Assembly: GCA_964549735.1 (NCBI GenBank)
Contig: CAZJWO010000004.1
Coordinates: 1-62,225, forward strand
Length of the DNA: 62,225 nt
Direction: 5' to 3'
DNA from: an uncultured Fibrobacteraceae bacterium
Lineage (GTDB): Bacteria; Krumholzibacteriota; Krumholzibacteriia; LZORAL124-64-63
How positions within the stretch are numbered: position 1 is the first letter of the stretch; each line of letters opens with the position of its first letter. Under the pieces are notes generated by a model. It worked only from the letters and a program-made list of their open reading frames with translations, was not told the origin of the DNA and did no database searches. The position numbers and the translations under genes are program-made. This document shows, piece after piece, positions 38,348-47,124 of this stretch.

Positions 38348-39345
38348 CACGACGCGGAGCCTTTCGAGGCCAGTTTCTCGGCAAGCATGCGCTTGCTCAG
38401 CCAGCGCGAGAAGGGTTGATTGGGGTTCTCGCCGTCATCGAGGGCTCGCAGGGCTTCTGCGATATAGTGGTCCCAGCGCGGAAAACCTGAAGGCATCAGA
38501 TTGGCTTTGTTCAACGCCGCTTCATGGTACTTCCTCATGAGATCGAATCCATCGCCCTTGACCTTCGTCTTCAGCACGCCAGGCGGCCGCTGGGCGGTCT
38601 TGTCCTTGCCGTAGCCGCCGACATCGCCGAGTGTCATCTTGGCCAGCTTCGTTAAATACCAGCGCCAGCCCGTGAGCTTGCGGCGGATCAGATCGGAGAC
38701 TTGCTGCAGGTCCGCAATGACCCTTCGCTGCGCCTCCGTCTCGCCGCGAGGATCGGCAGAACAGTAGCTGTAGCAGCGCTCCTGCAACTGGGCCAGCAGC
38801 GGGGAGGTCTTCGCGTCGAGATCGTATTCGAGCGGCGCCGGGTCGCTCCACGCATGACTGCTGGCGTGGTGCTGCAGATCGTGGCAGACGATGTCCACGA
38901 TAAATCCGGGCACGTGAAAGCCGTTTTCCTTGCAGTTGATATCGTAGCCCATCAGGATCGCGTTGTGGACGAGTTCGGGGAACTCGCTCTCGCTGAAGAC
39001 GTCGCAACTGATCAGATGGTGGCCTTCCGTGTAATACTCGGGGTACGGATACGCGCTGGCGGGTTTGCCGCGGCTGATATGGTAGTCCTTGTTGGCGTGC
39101 AGGGAGTCGACGCCTGGCCCTTCGATGATCCACGGCACGAGCTTGTCGTTGTCCTTCCACCGCCCGGGCGCCTTGGCGTCGCGGTCGGCCTTGCCCCCCT
39201 TGGGATAGTCCGGCTTCTTCAAGTGCCATTTCGCTTCGTGCGGACCCTTCTGGCCGGGACCGCACCGCCATTCGCACGCGTGCAATTCGGACGACGGCGC
39301 AGGCAGCGCGAGGGGCACCGCAACAGATTCACCGACCTGTGTCAC
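38347..39345 (-). CDS. Putative T6SS nuclease effector, AHH (HNH/EndoVII) family
   Basis: 'EGHHLISC', 'GYDINCKENG', 'QHHASSH' match the AHH pattern; GTG start with GGAGG RBS; lies between PAAR and an immunity-like gene. Confidence 0.75.
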   Translation of the reverse strand: MTQVGESVAVPLALPAPSSELHACEWRCGPGQKGPHEAKWHLKKPDYPKGGKADRDAKAPGRWKDNDKLVPWIIEGPGVDSLHANKDYHISRGKPASAYPYPEYYTEGHHLISCDVFSESEFPELVHNAILMGYDINCKENGFHVPGFIVDIVCHDLQHHASSHAWSDPAPLEYDLDAKTSPLLAQLQERCYSYCSADPRGETEAQRRVIADLQQVSDLIRRKLTGWRWYLTKLAKMTLGDVGGYGKDKTAQRPPGVLKTKVKGDGFDLMRKYHEAALNKANLMPSGFPRWDHYIAEALRALDDGENPNQPFSRWLSKRMLAEKLASKGSAS

Positions 39346-39372
39346 TGGAGTTCCTCCCGTTCCGCGCTCCGC

Positions 39373-39756
39373 TCACCCCGGGATGTTCTTCTCATTGTGA
39401 AACAACGGATCGCCCATCCGACAGACGTTCTTCCCCTCGAACTTCACGTCGAACGAGTACATCATGAACTCGCAGGCGCCCTTGAACTTGCTGCTCGCCA
39501 CGCCGCCGCCGGCCGAGCCCGCCTCGTCCCCGGCCGACATCTGGTACTTGGCGCCCTTGACCATGGGCATCGCGCCGTCGGTCTTGACCTTCGACGGGCC
39601 GCCGCTGGTGTCCGACGCCTTGCCGATGTTCGGGTAGGGGATGGGGACCGGTCCGCCCGGCGTGGGGGTCTTGCAGACGTCGGGAAAGACCACGCTCATC
39701 CCACCGCTCTGCTTGTGCACGATGCCGCGGCCGTTGGCGAATGTCGACTGTCCCAT
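39373..39756 (-). CDS. PAAR-like DUF4150 spike tip protein
   Basis: 'FPDVCKTPTPGGPVPIPYPNIG', 'SAGDEAGS.GGV.S', 'DVKFEGKNVCRMGD...HN'. Confidence 0.92.
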   Translation of the reverse strand: MGQSTFANGRGIVHKQSGGMSVVFPDVCKTPTPGGPVPIPYPNIGKASDTSGGPSKVKTDGAMPMVKGAKYQMSAGDEAGSAGGGVASSKFKGACEFMMYSFDVKFEGKNVCRMGDPLFHNEKNIPG

Positions 39757-39839
39757 CGCGAGGTCCTCCGTCCCTATTTGTTATCGCCGCCGCCGCCGCG
39801 CCGCAACGAACTGCCAGCCGCGTCAGGCGCGCCCGGAAC

Positions 39840-40934
39840 TCAACCCGCCACCGCGTCGACCAACGCGGCCGCCCGCCGGGGGCCGTCCGACGCGCACCAG
39901 ACCAGCGCCGGCGCGGCGACGCGCTGCTTCCGGATGCCGAGCGCCGCCAGCCCCAGCATGACCGGCCCCAGGGCCGCGCCGAGGTCGCCGCAGCAGTCGG
40001 CGGGATGCTCGACGACCACGCCGGGATCCAGCTCGCGGTGCGAGCGCAAGCTGGCGACCCCGTACTCCTTGGCGCCGAAGCTCTCGCCGTTCAGCCCGGC
40101 GAAGATGGTCGCCACCGGCGCACGGAGCAGGCCGGGCGCGGTCAACACCGCGGCGAACGCCGCGGCCAGCCCGTCTCCCCGGTACGGCTCCTTGCTGTAA
40201 CGGTGTCCCGCCTCGTCGGCCGCGCCGACCGCCAGCACCCGCGCGAGAGGCTCGAGGTCCGCCAGCGGCGGCGGCGCCCCCGGCCGGCCGAGCAGGACCA
40301 CGCCGGCGCCCTCCCCGGGGATGAACCCGTCCATGACCTGCGCGCTCTGGATGCGCCGCTCGCGGTCCAGGGTGGCCAGCAGCATGAGGTCCAGGTAGCT
40401 GTCGACGCCGCCGGCGAGCGCGTAGTCACCCGCACCCGACGCCAGGAATTCCAGCGCCTTGGCGACTGCCATCAGTCCTGCTGCCCGGCCTCCCGGCACG
40501 AGCCGGCTGCGCGCGAGATCGAAGCGCACCCCCGCCGGCTCGAGTTGGGCGGCCAGGTGCGCCAGGAACGCTGCTGCGACCGGGTCGGCCAGCTCCGGGT
40601 GCTTCTCCGGCGTGGCCAGGAAGAGTGGCATCGGATCGCCCCGCCCGGTGTTCTGCAGGCCGTCGAGGACCTCCCCGACAGCCGGCGCCGCCAGCCGCAA
40701 GAGACGGCGCTGGCGGCTGGTCAAACCCGACACCGCCGCAACGTCCGGCACGAGCGGCGGCAGCGCATCCTCCTGCAGAAGCGCCATCACCAGAGGCTCG
40801 TGACGAGCGTCCATGACCGGCGACTCGGCGAAACCCGCCACGCCGGCCTGCACCGACGCGAAGGTCTGGGCCGCGCCCTGGCCCACGGCCGTGATCATAC
40901 CCGCGCGGTAGATGATCGCACCCGGTGTCGCCAT
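39840..40934 (-). CDS. Thiolase/ketoacyl-synthase-like T6SS accessory protein (PRK06147-like)
   Basis: Start ATG 40934; 'GMITAVG', 'ALAGGVDSYL', 'FIPGEGAG', 'GDLGAALG'; lies between DUF2169 and DUF4150. Confidence 0.85.
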   Translation of the reverse strand: MATPGAIIYRAGMITAVGQGAAQTFASVQAGVAGFAESPVMDARHEPLVMALLQEDALPPLVPDVAAVSGLTSRQRRLLRLAAPAVGEVLDGLQNTGRGDPMPLFLATPEKHPELADPVAAAFLAHLAAQLEPAGVRFDLARSRLVPGGRAAGLMAVAKALEFLASGAGDYALAGGVDSYLDLMLLATLDRERRIQSAQVMDGFIPGEGAGVVLLGRPGAPPPLADLEPLARVLAVGAADEAGHRYSKEPYRGDGLAAAFAAVLTAPGLLRAPVATIFAGLNGESFGAKEYGVASLRSHRELDPGVVVEHPADCCGDLGAALGPVMLGLAALGIRKQRVAAPALVWCASDGPRRAAALVDAVAG

Positions 40935-41947
40935 CACGCGGGCCTTTCGTCGAGCACCATTTCGCGCAGCTTGATCTCGACCCGCTGCAACCGGAGCGCC
41001 TTCTTGTCGCAGGGCAGGGCCGCCCGCCAGAGCATCGACAATCGCTCGTCGTCCGGCTCGACGAGCACGGTCTCGAGATGACACGACGGTCGCTCGCTGG
41101 CGCCGTCCAGCCTGACCGCGATGTCCAGCCCGCATCGCGGCAGCCGGAAGCTAAGCCGGCCGCGGGGTGACAGATGGATCAATTCGACCGGCTCGCCGCC
41201 CAGGAGGTAGCCGTCGGCCACGAGGTCCGGGTGCGCGGCGTTGAAGAACCGCGGATCGAAATCGGCCGGCAGATAGGGCGCCCGCTCGCGCTCCCACGCG
41301 GCGTCGTAGGTGCCGGCGAAGTCGCGTCGCGGTTTCCAGTTGGGCGCGACGAAACCGTAGCCGGCGGGACGCTCGGATTGCGACGGGTCGAGGAGATTGG
41401 GCGCGAGCGTGCCCTTGAGCTCCTTGCGCCGCTTCTCGGCGCGAAAACCACGGCCGACCGGATTCGCCTCCTCGGCCTTGATCTTGCCCTTCTCGGCATC
41501 GATCACGTGCACGCCGCCGAACGCGCGCTCGTAGACCAGCGGCATGCTCGTGAACGGCTGCGCCGCGTCCAGAGCGGCGCCCAGGACGCGGCCGTTGTAG
41601 AGGCGATCGCCCACGACGCGCACGCGCTTACGCAAGCGGCCGACCGTCAGCTGCGTGTCCAGCGTCGTGACCGGCCGTCGATCCGGCGCATGGGCGCTGC
41701 CGACAAGGACGACATCGGTCGCCGGTTTCGCCAGATGGATGTCGGCGGCATACCGGAGGCTGGACGCGCCGGGTTCGCCCCAGGACTCGTCGGCGAGCAG
41801 CAGCGGCCGCTGCTGTTCCGCGACCGCGAGGCTGTCGCCGAGGGTGAACGTCGCCTTGACGACCACATGGAGGGCGTCGACACCTCGCACGTCCGGCAAG
41901 AGGCTCAGCGCGGCCACGAAGGGCGTTTCATTGGCCAACTGCAGCAT
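40934..41947 (-). CDS. DUF2169 T6SS adaptor/chaperone
   Basis: 'VVVKATF', 'KPATDVVLVGSA', 'PLVYERAFGG', 'NPVGRG', 'PAGYGFVAPNWKPR...AGTYD', 'FFNAAHPDL', 'LETVLVEPD'. Confidence 0.93.
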   Translation of the reverse strand: MLQLANETPFVAALSLLPDVRGVDALHVVVKATFTLGDSLAVAEQQRPLLLADESWGEPGASSLRYAADIHLAKPATDVVLVGSAHAPDRRPVTTLDTQLTVGRLRKRVRVVGDRLYNGRVLGAALDAAQPFTSMPLVYERAFGGVHVIDAEKGKIKAEEANPVGRGFRAEKRRKELKGTLAPNLLDPSQSERPAGYGFVAPNWKPRRDFAGTYDAAWERERAPYLPADFDPRFFNAAHPDLVADGYLLGGEPVELIHLSPRGRLSFRLPRCGLDIAVRLDGASERPSCHLETVLVEPDDERLSMLWRAALPCDKKALRLQRVEIKLREMVLDERPA

Positions 41948-42109
41948 CGTCGTTGCATTTCCGACCAGCGGCCATCCCGCCGGCCCCTAGGGGGAGCGTT
42001 GCGGTCTTATTTTTTCGCGAGCAGACCGAACCGACTGCACCGGGCCCGCGTCCGGACAGCAAATACGAATTCGCGACATCAAGAACCGCCGCGACGGCGG
42101 CGCGGCGAG

Positions 42110-42139
42110 ATTCTACGCGAAACCGGCCACGCCCTGCAA
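42110..42139 (-). promoter_or_regulatory. Possible sigma70 promoter for the DUF2169 cassette
   Basis: Minus strand TTGCAG (42139-42134), 18 bp, TAGAAT (42115-42110). Confidence 0.4.
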
Positions 42140-42152
42140 CACCTCTCTTGTT

Positions 42153-42277
42153 CCGCGAAGATTGTTGCTGGAACGGTCAAGGCCATATAATAAAAAGATT
42201 TAAGCGCCATTAGCGGCCGAACCAGCCAAATCCTTCCACGGCAGGAGCTTCGATAACGGTAGCAACAATCTTCGCGG
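42153..42277. repeat. Perfect 17-bp inverted repeat flanking a 91-bp partly AT-rich spacer
   Basis: CCGCGAAGATTGTTGCT (42153-42169) and its exact reverse complement AGCAACAATCTTCGCGG (42261-42277); TATAAT at 42186-42191 inside. Confidence 0.9.
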
Positions 42278-42292
42278 CATAACCCTATGATA

Positions 42293-42308
42293 TGGACTAT
42301 CAATTGCC
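42293..42308 (+). promoter_or_regulatory. Possible sigma54 -24/-12 element upstream of tssA
   Basis: TGGACTATCAATTGCC fits GG-N10-GC with TTGC; only a partial match at the -24 box. Confidence 0.25.
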
Positions 42309-42395
42309 TATTGCCAGACGCTCCGTCGGTGCTACCATCACCGCACACGTCGCGTGCCCGCCCCTTGGTAGTCTGCCGCGCGAGGAGTCACGACC

Positions 42396-43490
42396 ATGCC
42401 CGATCTCGCCGCCCTGCTGCGACCGATCAACGACGCCCAGCCCAGCGGAGCCAACCTGCGTCTGCACGCCGGCGATCTGACGTTCTCGCAGCTGGAGGAG
42501 CTGCGCCGCGAGAGCGATCCCCTGCTCGATCCGGGCGGTGAAGGCAAATCGGCCGACTGGCGCGGCGTCGTTCGCCTGTGCGAGCAGGCCCTGGGCGAGA
42601 AGACGAAGGACCTCGAGCTGGCGGCGGCCTTGACGCAGGGTCTGCTCTACACCACCGGTTGGCCCGGCCTGCAGGCGGGGCTCGCGCTGATCGCCGGCCT
42701 GGTCGAGAACTTCTGGGAGACGCTGCATCCCGGCTGGGACGACGGCGAGATCATCACGGCGATCCGCGCGCGACCGCTCTCCTGGCTGGGCTCGAGCCAG
42801 GACTTCCTGCGGGCCGCCAAGCGGGTGCCGCTGACCGCGCCGATCGGCGATCAGCCGCGCTCGTGGTTCGATTACGAGCAATCCCGGCGGGTCGACGAGG
42901 CCGCGACCAAGGCCAACCGCGCAGCCTTCCAGGAACTCGTCGAGGCGGGCCTGATCACCGGCGAGCAGTGGCGCAGCTCGCTCGCCGGCACGCCCCTGGA
43001 TCGCCTCGACGCCGTGGTTGCCGAGCTGGCCGCGTGCCAGATGGCCCTGCAGGCCCTCGAGGCGGTCTGCGCCGAGCGCTACGGCGACGACGCGCCCTAC
43101 CTGCTGGAGTTGCGCAACCTGCTCGATGACTGCCACGACTACCTGGTCAAGTACAAGGCCGGCCAGCTCGACACGGGGCCGGCTTCGACTGCGGCGCAAA
43201 GATCGCAAGAGGGGACGGCAGAAATGGCAGCAACGCCGCCAGCAGCGGCTTCCGTGGCGGCGTCCGGGCCGATCCAGACGCGGGATGAAGCGTTCCGTCG
43301 CTTGCGGGAGGTTGCGGATTTCCTGCGACGGACCGAACCTCACAGCCCGGTCTCGGCCCTGCTCGAACGCGCGGTCCGCTGGGGCAACATGTCTTTCGAG
43401 GACCTGTTCCGCGACGTCGTGCAGAGCGAAGACGCGCGCGGCGAAGTCGGCAAAATCTTGGGCTTGAAATTGTGGAAAGAAGAAGAGTAA
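42396..43490 (+). CDS. tssA: T6SS protein TssA (ImpA family)
   Basis: ImpA_N 'ADWRGVVRLCEQALGEKTKDLELA...ENFWETLHP'; C-terminal 'EAFRRLREVADFLRRTEPHSPV'. Confidence 0.92.
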   Translation: MPDLAALLRPINDAQPSGANLRLHAGDLTFSQLEELRRESDPLLDPGGEGKSADWRGVVRLCEQALGEKTKDLELAAALTQGLLYTTGWPGLQAGLALIAGLVENFWETLHPGWDDGEIITAIRARPLSWLGSSQDFLRAAKRVPLTAPIGDQPRSWFDYEQSRRVDEAATKANRAAFQELVEAGLITGEQWRSSLAGTPLDRLDAVVAELAACQMALQALEAVCAERYGDDAPYLLELRNLLDDCHDYLVKYKAGQLDTGPASTAAQRSQEGTAEMAATPPAAASVAASGPIQTRDEAFRRLREVADFLRRTEPHSPVSALLERAVRWGNMSFEDLFRDVVQSEDARGEVGKILGLKLWKEEE

Positions 43491-43601
43491 TCTCCGGCAG
43501 TCTTTTCTAGAGGCGGTCCTGACGCGGATTTCGCCCGGTTCCGGTCGGTGCCGGTCTGCTGTCGGCGCCGGTATTGGCCACCATCCTGAGGGAGGACCTG
43601 C

Positions 43602-44126
43602 ATGGCTGGAAGCATCTACGACAAGAAGGCGCGGGTCCGCCCCCCGCGGGTCCACATCTCGTACGATGTGGAGTTGAACGGCGCCCAGGTCAAGAAGGAG
43701 CTGCCCTTCGTCGTCGGCGTGCTCGCCGATTTCTCGGGCAACCCCAGCCAGCCGCTGCCGCGCCCGCGCGATCGCAAGTTCGTCGAGATCGACCGCGACA
43801 ACTTCGACGACATCCTCAAGAGCACCAAGCCGCGGGCGGCCTACAAGGTCGCCAACACGCTGCAGGACGACGGCAGCGAGCTGTCGGTCGAGCTCGAGTT
43901 CGAGAAGCTCGCCGACTTCTCGCCCGACGCGGTGGCGCGGCAGGTCAAGCCGCTGAACGATCTGCTGGAGATCCGCACGCGGCTGAAGGCCCTGCTCAGC
44001 AAGACCGAGGGCAACGATCGGCTCGAGGAGTTGCTCAACGCGATCGTCAAGAATCCCGAGCTTCGCGACAAGTTGAAAGATGTCATGAACATCGACGAGC
44101 CCGGATCCGGCGGGGAGGGTGCGTGA
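43602..44126 (+). CDS. tssB: T6SS contractile sheath small subunit
   Basis: 'RVRPPRVHISYDVE', 'ELPFVVGVLADFSG', 'RKFVEIDRDNFD', 'FSPDAVARQV'. Confidence 0.96.
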   Translation: MAGSIYDKKARVRPPRVHISYDVELNGAQVKKELPFVVGVLADFSGNPSQPLPRPRDRKFVEIDRDNFDDILKSTKPRAAYKVANTLQDDGSELSVELEFEKLADFSPDAVARQVKPLNDLLEIRTRLKALLSKTEGNDRLEELLNAIVKNPELRDKLKDVMNIDEPGSGGEGA

Positions 44127-45613
44127 TGGCGGAGAAGAAGAAGCAGCACAAGGTCGAGGAGCTCATCGAGCTCGAAGGCGCCGACATCCTCGAGGAGATG
44201 ATCTCGACGGGCATCAAGCCGCGCGACGAAGCGGCCCGCACGCACGGCGAGGCCATGTTGCGCGATCTGGTGGCTCAGCTCATCGATCCCGGGACGGTGG
44301 TGGCCAAGGACGCCAGCAAGACGATCCTGAACCGGATCGCCGCGATCGATCAGACGATCAGCCGCCAGCTCAACGAGATCATGCACCATCCGGACTTCCA
44401 GAAGCTGGAGTCGACCTGGCGCGGCTTGCATCACCTGGTCATGAACAGCGAGACCGGCGAGACGATGAAGGTCCGCATCCTGAACATCAGCAAGAAGGAC
44501 CTCTTGCGGGACTTCCAATCGGCGGCCGAATTCACCGAGAGCGCGCTCTGGAAGAAGGTCTACGAGAACGAGTTCGGCCAGTACGGCGGCGATCCCTACG
44601 GCGCCCTGGTCGGCGACTACGAATTCAACCGCCATCCCCAGGACATCGAGCTGCTCGAGCACATCAGCCACGTCGCGGCCGGCGCGCACGCGCCGTTCAT
44701 CTCGGCCGCCGACGCCCAGATGTTCGGCCTGGAAAGCTACACCGACATGCCGAACCCGCGCGACCTGGCCAAGGTCTTCGACAAGAGCAATCCCGAGAAC
44801 GCCAAGTGGCTCAGCTTCCGCGACAGCGAGGACGCGCGCTTCGTCGCTCTGACGATCCCGCATGTCCTGGGCCGGCTGCCCTACGGCAAAGCGACCAAGC
44901 CGGTCGACGCCTTCGATTTCGAGGAGGATGTCAGCGGCTCGCACGACCACTACCTGTGGACCAACGCCGCGTACTCCTTCGCCGGCCGCCTGACCGACGC
45001 GTTCTCCCGTCATCACTGGTGCGTCGCAATCCGCGGCCCGGAAGGCGGCGGACTGGTGGAGGGGCTGCCGATCCATTCCTTCAAGACGCGCGAGGGCGAC
45101 GTCGGCGCCAAGTGCCCGACCGAGGTCCTGATCCCCGACACGCGCGAGAAGGAACTGAGCGACCTGGGCTTCATCCCGCTGATCCACTGCAAGAACACCG
45201 ACTACGCCGCCTTCTTCGGCGCCAACAGCGTGCAGCGGCCCAAGGTCTACCAGGACGACGCGGCGACGGCCAACGCGGACCTGTCGCGCAAGATCCAGTA
45301 CCTCATGGCCACCGCGCGCATCGCGCACTACCTGAAGGCGATCTGCCGCGACAAGGTCGGCTCCTTCGCGGCGCGGTCCAACGTGCAGGATTTCCTGAAC
45401 AACTGGATCAACCAGTACGTGCTCAACCAAGACGACGCCACGCAGGAGCAGAAGGCCAAGTTCCCGCTGCGCGAAGCCCATATCGAGGTGACCGAGGACA
45501 AGGCCCGGCCGGGTTGCTACAAGGCCGTCGCGCACCTCAAGCCGCACTTCCAGCTCGAGGAGCTGAACGTCTCTCTGCGTCTGGTGGCCGACCTTCCGGC
45601 AGCCGCCAAATGA
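44126..45613 (+). CDS. tssC: T6SS contractile sheath large subunit
   Basis: 'IDQTISRQLNEIMHHPDFQKLESTWRGL', 'YENEFGQYGGDPYG', 'GPEGGG', 'ELSDLGFIPL', 'KPHFQLEEL'. Confidence 0.97.
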   Translation: MAEKKKQHKVEELIELEGADILEEMISTGIKPRDEAARTHGEAMLRDLVAQLIDPGTVVAKDASKTILNRIAAIDQTISRQLNEIMHHPDFQKLESTWRGLHHLVMNSETGETMKVRILNISKKDLLRDFQSAAEFTESALWKKVYENEFGQYGGDPYGALVGDYEFNRHPQDIELLEHISHVAAGAHAPFISAADAQMFGLESYTDMPNPRDLAKVFDKSNPENAKWLSFRDSEDARFVALTIPHVLGRLPYGKATKPVDAFDFEEDVSGSHDHYLWTNAAYSFAGRLTDAFSRHHWCVAIRGPEGGGLVEGLPIHSFKTREGDVGAKCPTEVLIPDTREKELSDLGFIPLIHCKNTDYAAFFGANSVQRPKVYQDDAATANADLSRKIQYLMATARIAHYLKAICRDKVGSFAARSNVQDFLNNWINQYVLNQDDATQEQKAKFPLREAHIEVTEDKARPGCYKAVAHLKPHFQLEELNVSLRLVADLPAAAK

Positions 45614-45617
45614 GGAT

Positions 45618-45653
45618 GCGGTCGGCGCCGCGCTCCGGCGCGGAGCCGACCGC
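45618..45653 (+). other. Strong intergenic hairpin between tssC and hcp (no U-tract)
   Basis: GCGGTCGGC-g-CCGCGC-[TCCG]-GCGCGG-a-GCCGACCGC: 15 paired bases with one mismatch. Confidence 0.6.
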
Positions 45654-45743
45654 TGGCGCCGCCAGGCGCAGTGCGCGGCGCCTTCGCAACAGACAGTGTT
45701 CCAGGTATGACCTGTCGCCAACGCCCAGCGAAAGGACACGACG

Positions 45744-46232
45744 ATGATCGATGCCTACCTCAAGATCGAGGGCATACCCGGCGAATCGACCGCCAAGGGT
45801 TTCGAGAAGCAGATCGAGATCCTGAGCTTCTCCCACAACGTGCATCAGTCGACCGATATCTCGGCCAGTTCGGCGGGCGGGGCCACGACCGGCCGCACGA
45901 CGCACGCCGATTTTACCATCACCAAGGCGGTGGATCTGGCGTCGCCGGTTCTCCTGCAGCGCTGCTGCGACGGCACGCACATCCCCTCGGTGGCCTTGAC
46001 GCTGGTGCGGGCCGGCGGCGACAGCAAGGTGCCGTTCATGGTCTACACCCTGACGAACCTCGTCGTCAGCGACGTCAGCTACTCCGGCAGCAAGGACGGG
46101 CTGCCCATGGAGTCGGTGTCGTTCAACTACGGCAAGATCGAGTGGGTGTACACGCAGCAGAAGCGCGCCGGCGGCGGCGGCGGCGGCAACACGACGGGCA
46201 CGTGGAACCTGGAGACCAATTCGGCGAAGTAG
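45744..46232 (+). CDS. hcp: T6SS tube protein Hcp
   Basis: 'AYLKIEGIPGES...QIEILSFSH', 'FTITKAVDLASP', 'ESVSFNYGKIEWVY'. Confidence 0.96.
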   Translation: MIDAYLKIEGIPGESTAKGFEKQIEILSFSHNVHQSTDISASSAGGATTGRTTHADFTITKAVDLASPVLLQRCCDGTHIPSVALTLVRAGGDSKVPFMVYTLTNLVVSDVSYSGSKDGLPMESVSFNYGKIEWVYTQQKRAGGGGGGNTTGTWNLETNSAK

Positions 46233-46261
46233 CCGCGGATCGCTGACCGCAGGGAAGGACG

Positions 46262-47077
46262 GTGCCCGTGTCCACACCGACGGCAGCCGATCTATGGCAA
46301 TCCGGGGATCTGGCCGGGGCCATCGCCGCGCAGACGGCGGTGGTCAAGGCCAGTCCCACGGATACCGACGCGCGCTCGCTCCTGTTCGCTCTGCTCGCGT
46401 TCGCCGGGCAGTGGGAACGCGCCGGTACGCATCTGCGCGCCATGGCGGCGGCCGAGCAGGAGCTGCAGCGTTCGGTGGAGTTCTACCGGGGGCTCTTGAC
46501 CGCCGAGATCCACCGGCAAGGCGTCTTCGAAGGCGACGCGGTCCCGGTGCTGCCGCCGCAGGCGCCGGCCCACCTGGAGCATCGCCTCGCCGCCGTGCAG
46601 GCCTGGCGCCGCGGCGACGCGGCGGGCGCGGGCGAACATCTCGCCGCGGCGCTGGACTGCCAGCCCGATTTGCGGGGCACGGTCGACGGCCGGCCGTTCT
46701 CGGGCTGGCGCGAACTGGACGACCTGCTGGGCTCGGTCTGCGAGGTGCTGGCCGGCGGTCGCTACCTGTGGTTGCCCTGGGAGTGGGTCCGCAGCCTGGA
46801 GGTGACGGCGCCAACGCGGTTGCCCGACCTGCTCTGGGTCGGAGCCAGGATCCTGCACCGCGACGGCGACGAGCTGTCGGTGAACCTGCCGGCTCTCTAT
46901 CCTGGCAGCCACGCGTGGTCGGAGCCGGCCCTGCAGCTGGGACGGCGCACCGAGTGGAGCGGCGCGGCGGGCCTGCAGAGGGGACAGGGGCAGCGGTTGC
47001 TGGCGTACGGCGACGCCGCGGGCGAGGTCTGCGAACTGCCGTTGCTGGAGCTGCGCACCCTCGAGTTCGAGCCCTGA
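46262..47077 (+). CDS. tagJ: T6SS accessory protein TagJ (ImpE/SciE)
   Basis: 'VKASPTDTDARSLLFALLAFAGQWERA', 'ELDDLLG', 'PTRLPDLLW', 'GRRTEW...GQGQRLL'. Confidence 0.88.
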   Translation: MPVSTPTAADLWQSGDLAGAIAAQTAVVKASPTDTDARSLLFALLAFAGQWERAGTHLRAMAAAEQELQRSVEFYRGLLTAEIHRQGVFEGDAVPVLPPQAPAHLEHRLAAVQAWRRGDAAGAGEHLAAALDCQPDLRGTVDGRPFSGWRELDDLLGSVCEVLAGGRYLWLPWEWVRSLEVTAPTRLPDLLWVGARILHRDGDELSVNLPALYPGSHAWSEPALQLGRRTEWSGAAGLQRGQGQRLLAYGDAAGEVCELPLLELRTLEFEP

Positions 47078-47124
47078 GGCACCCGCCCGGCTGCCGATCG
47101 CGCGGCAATCCGGAAAGGACGTCG

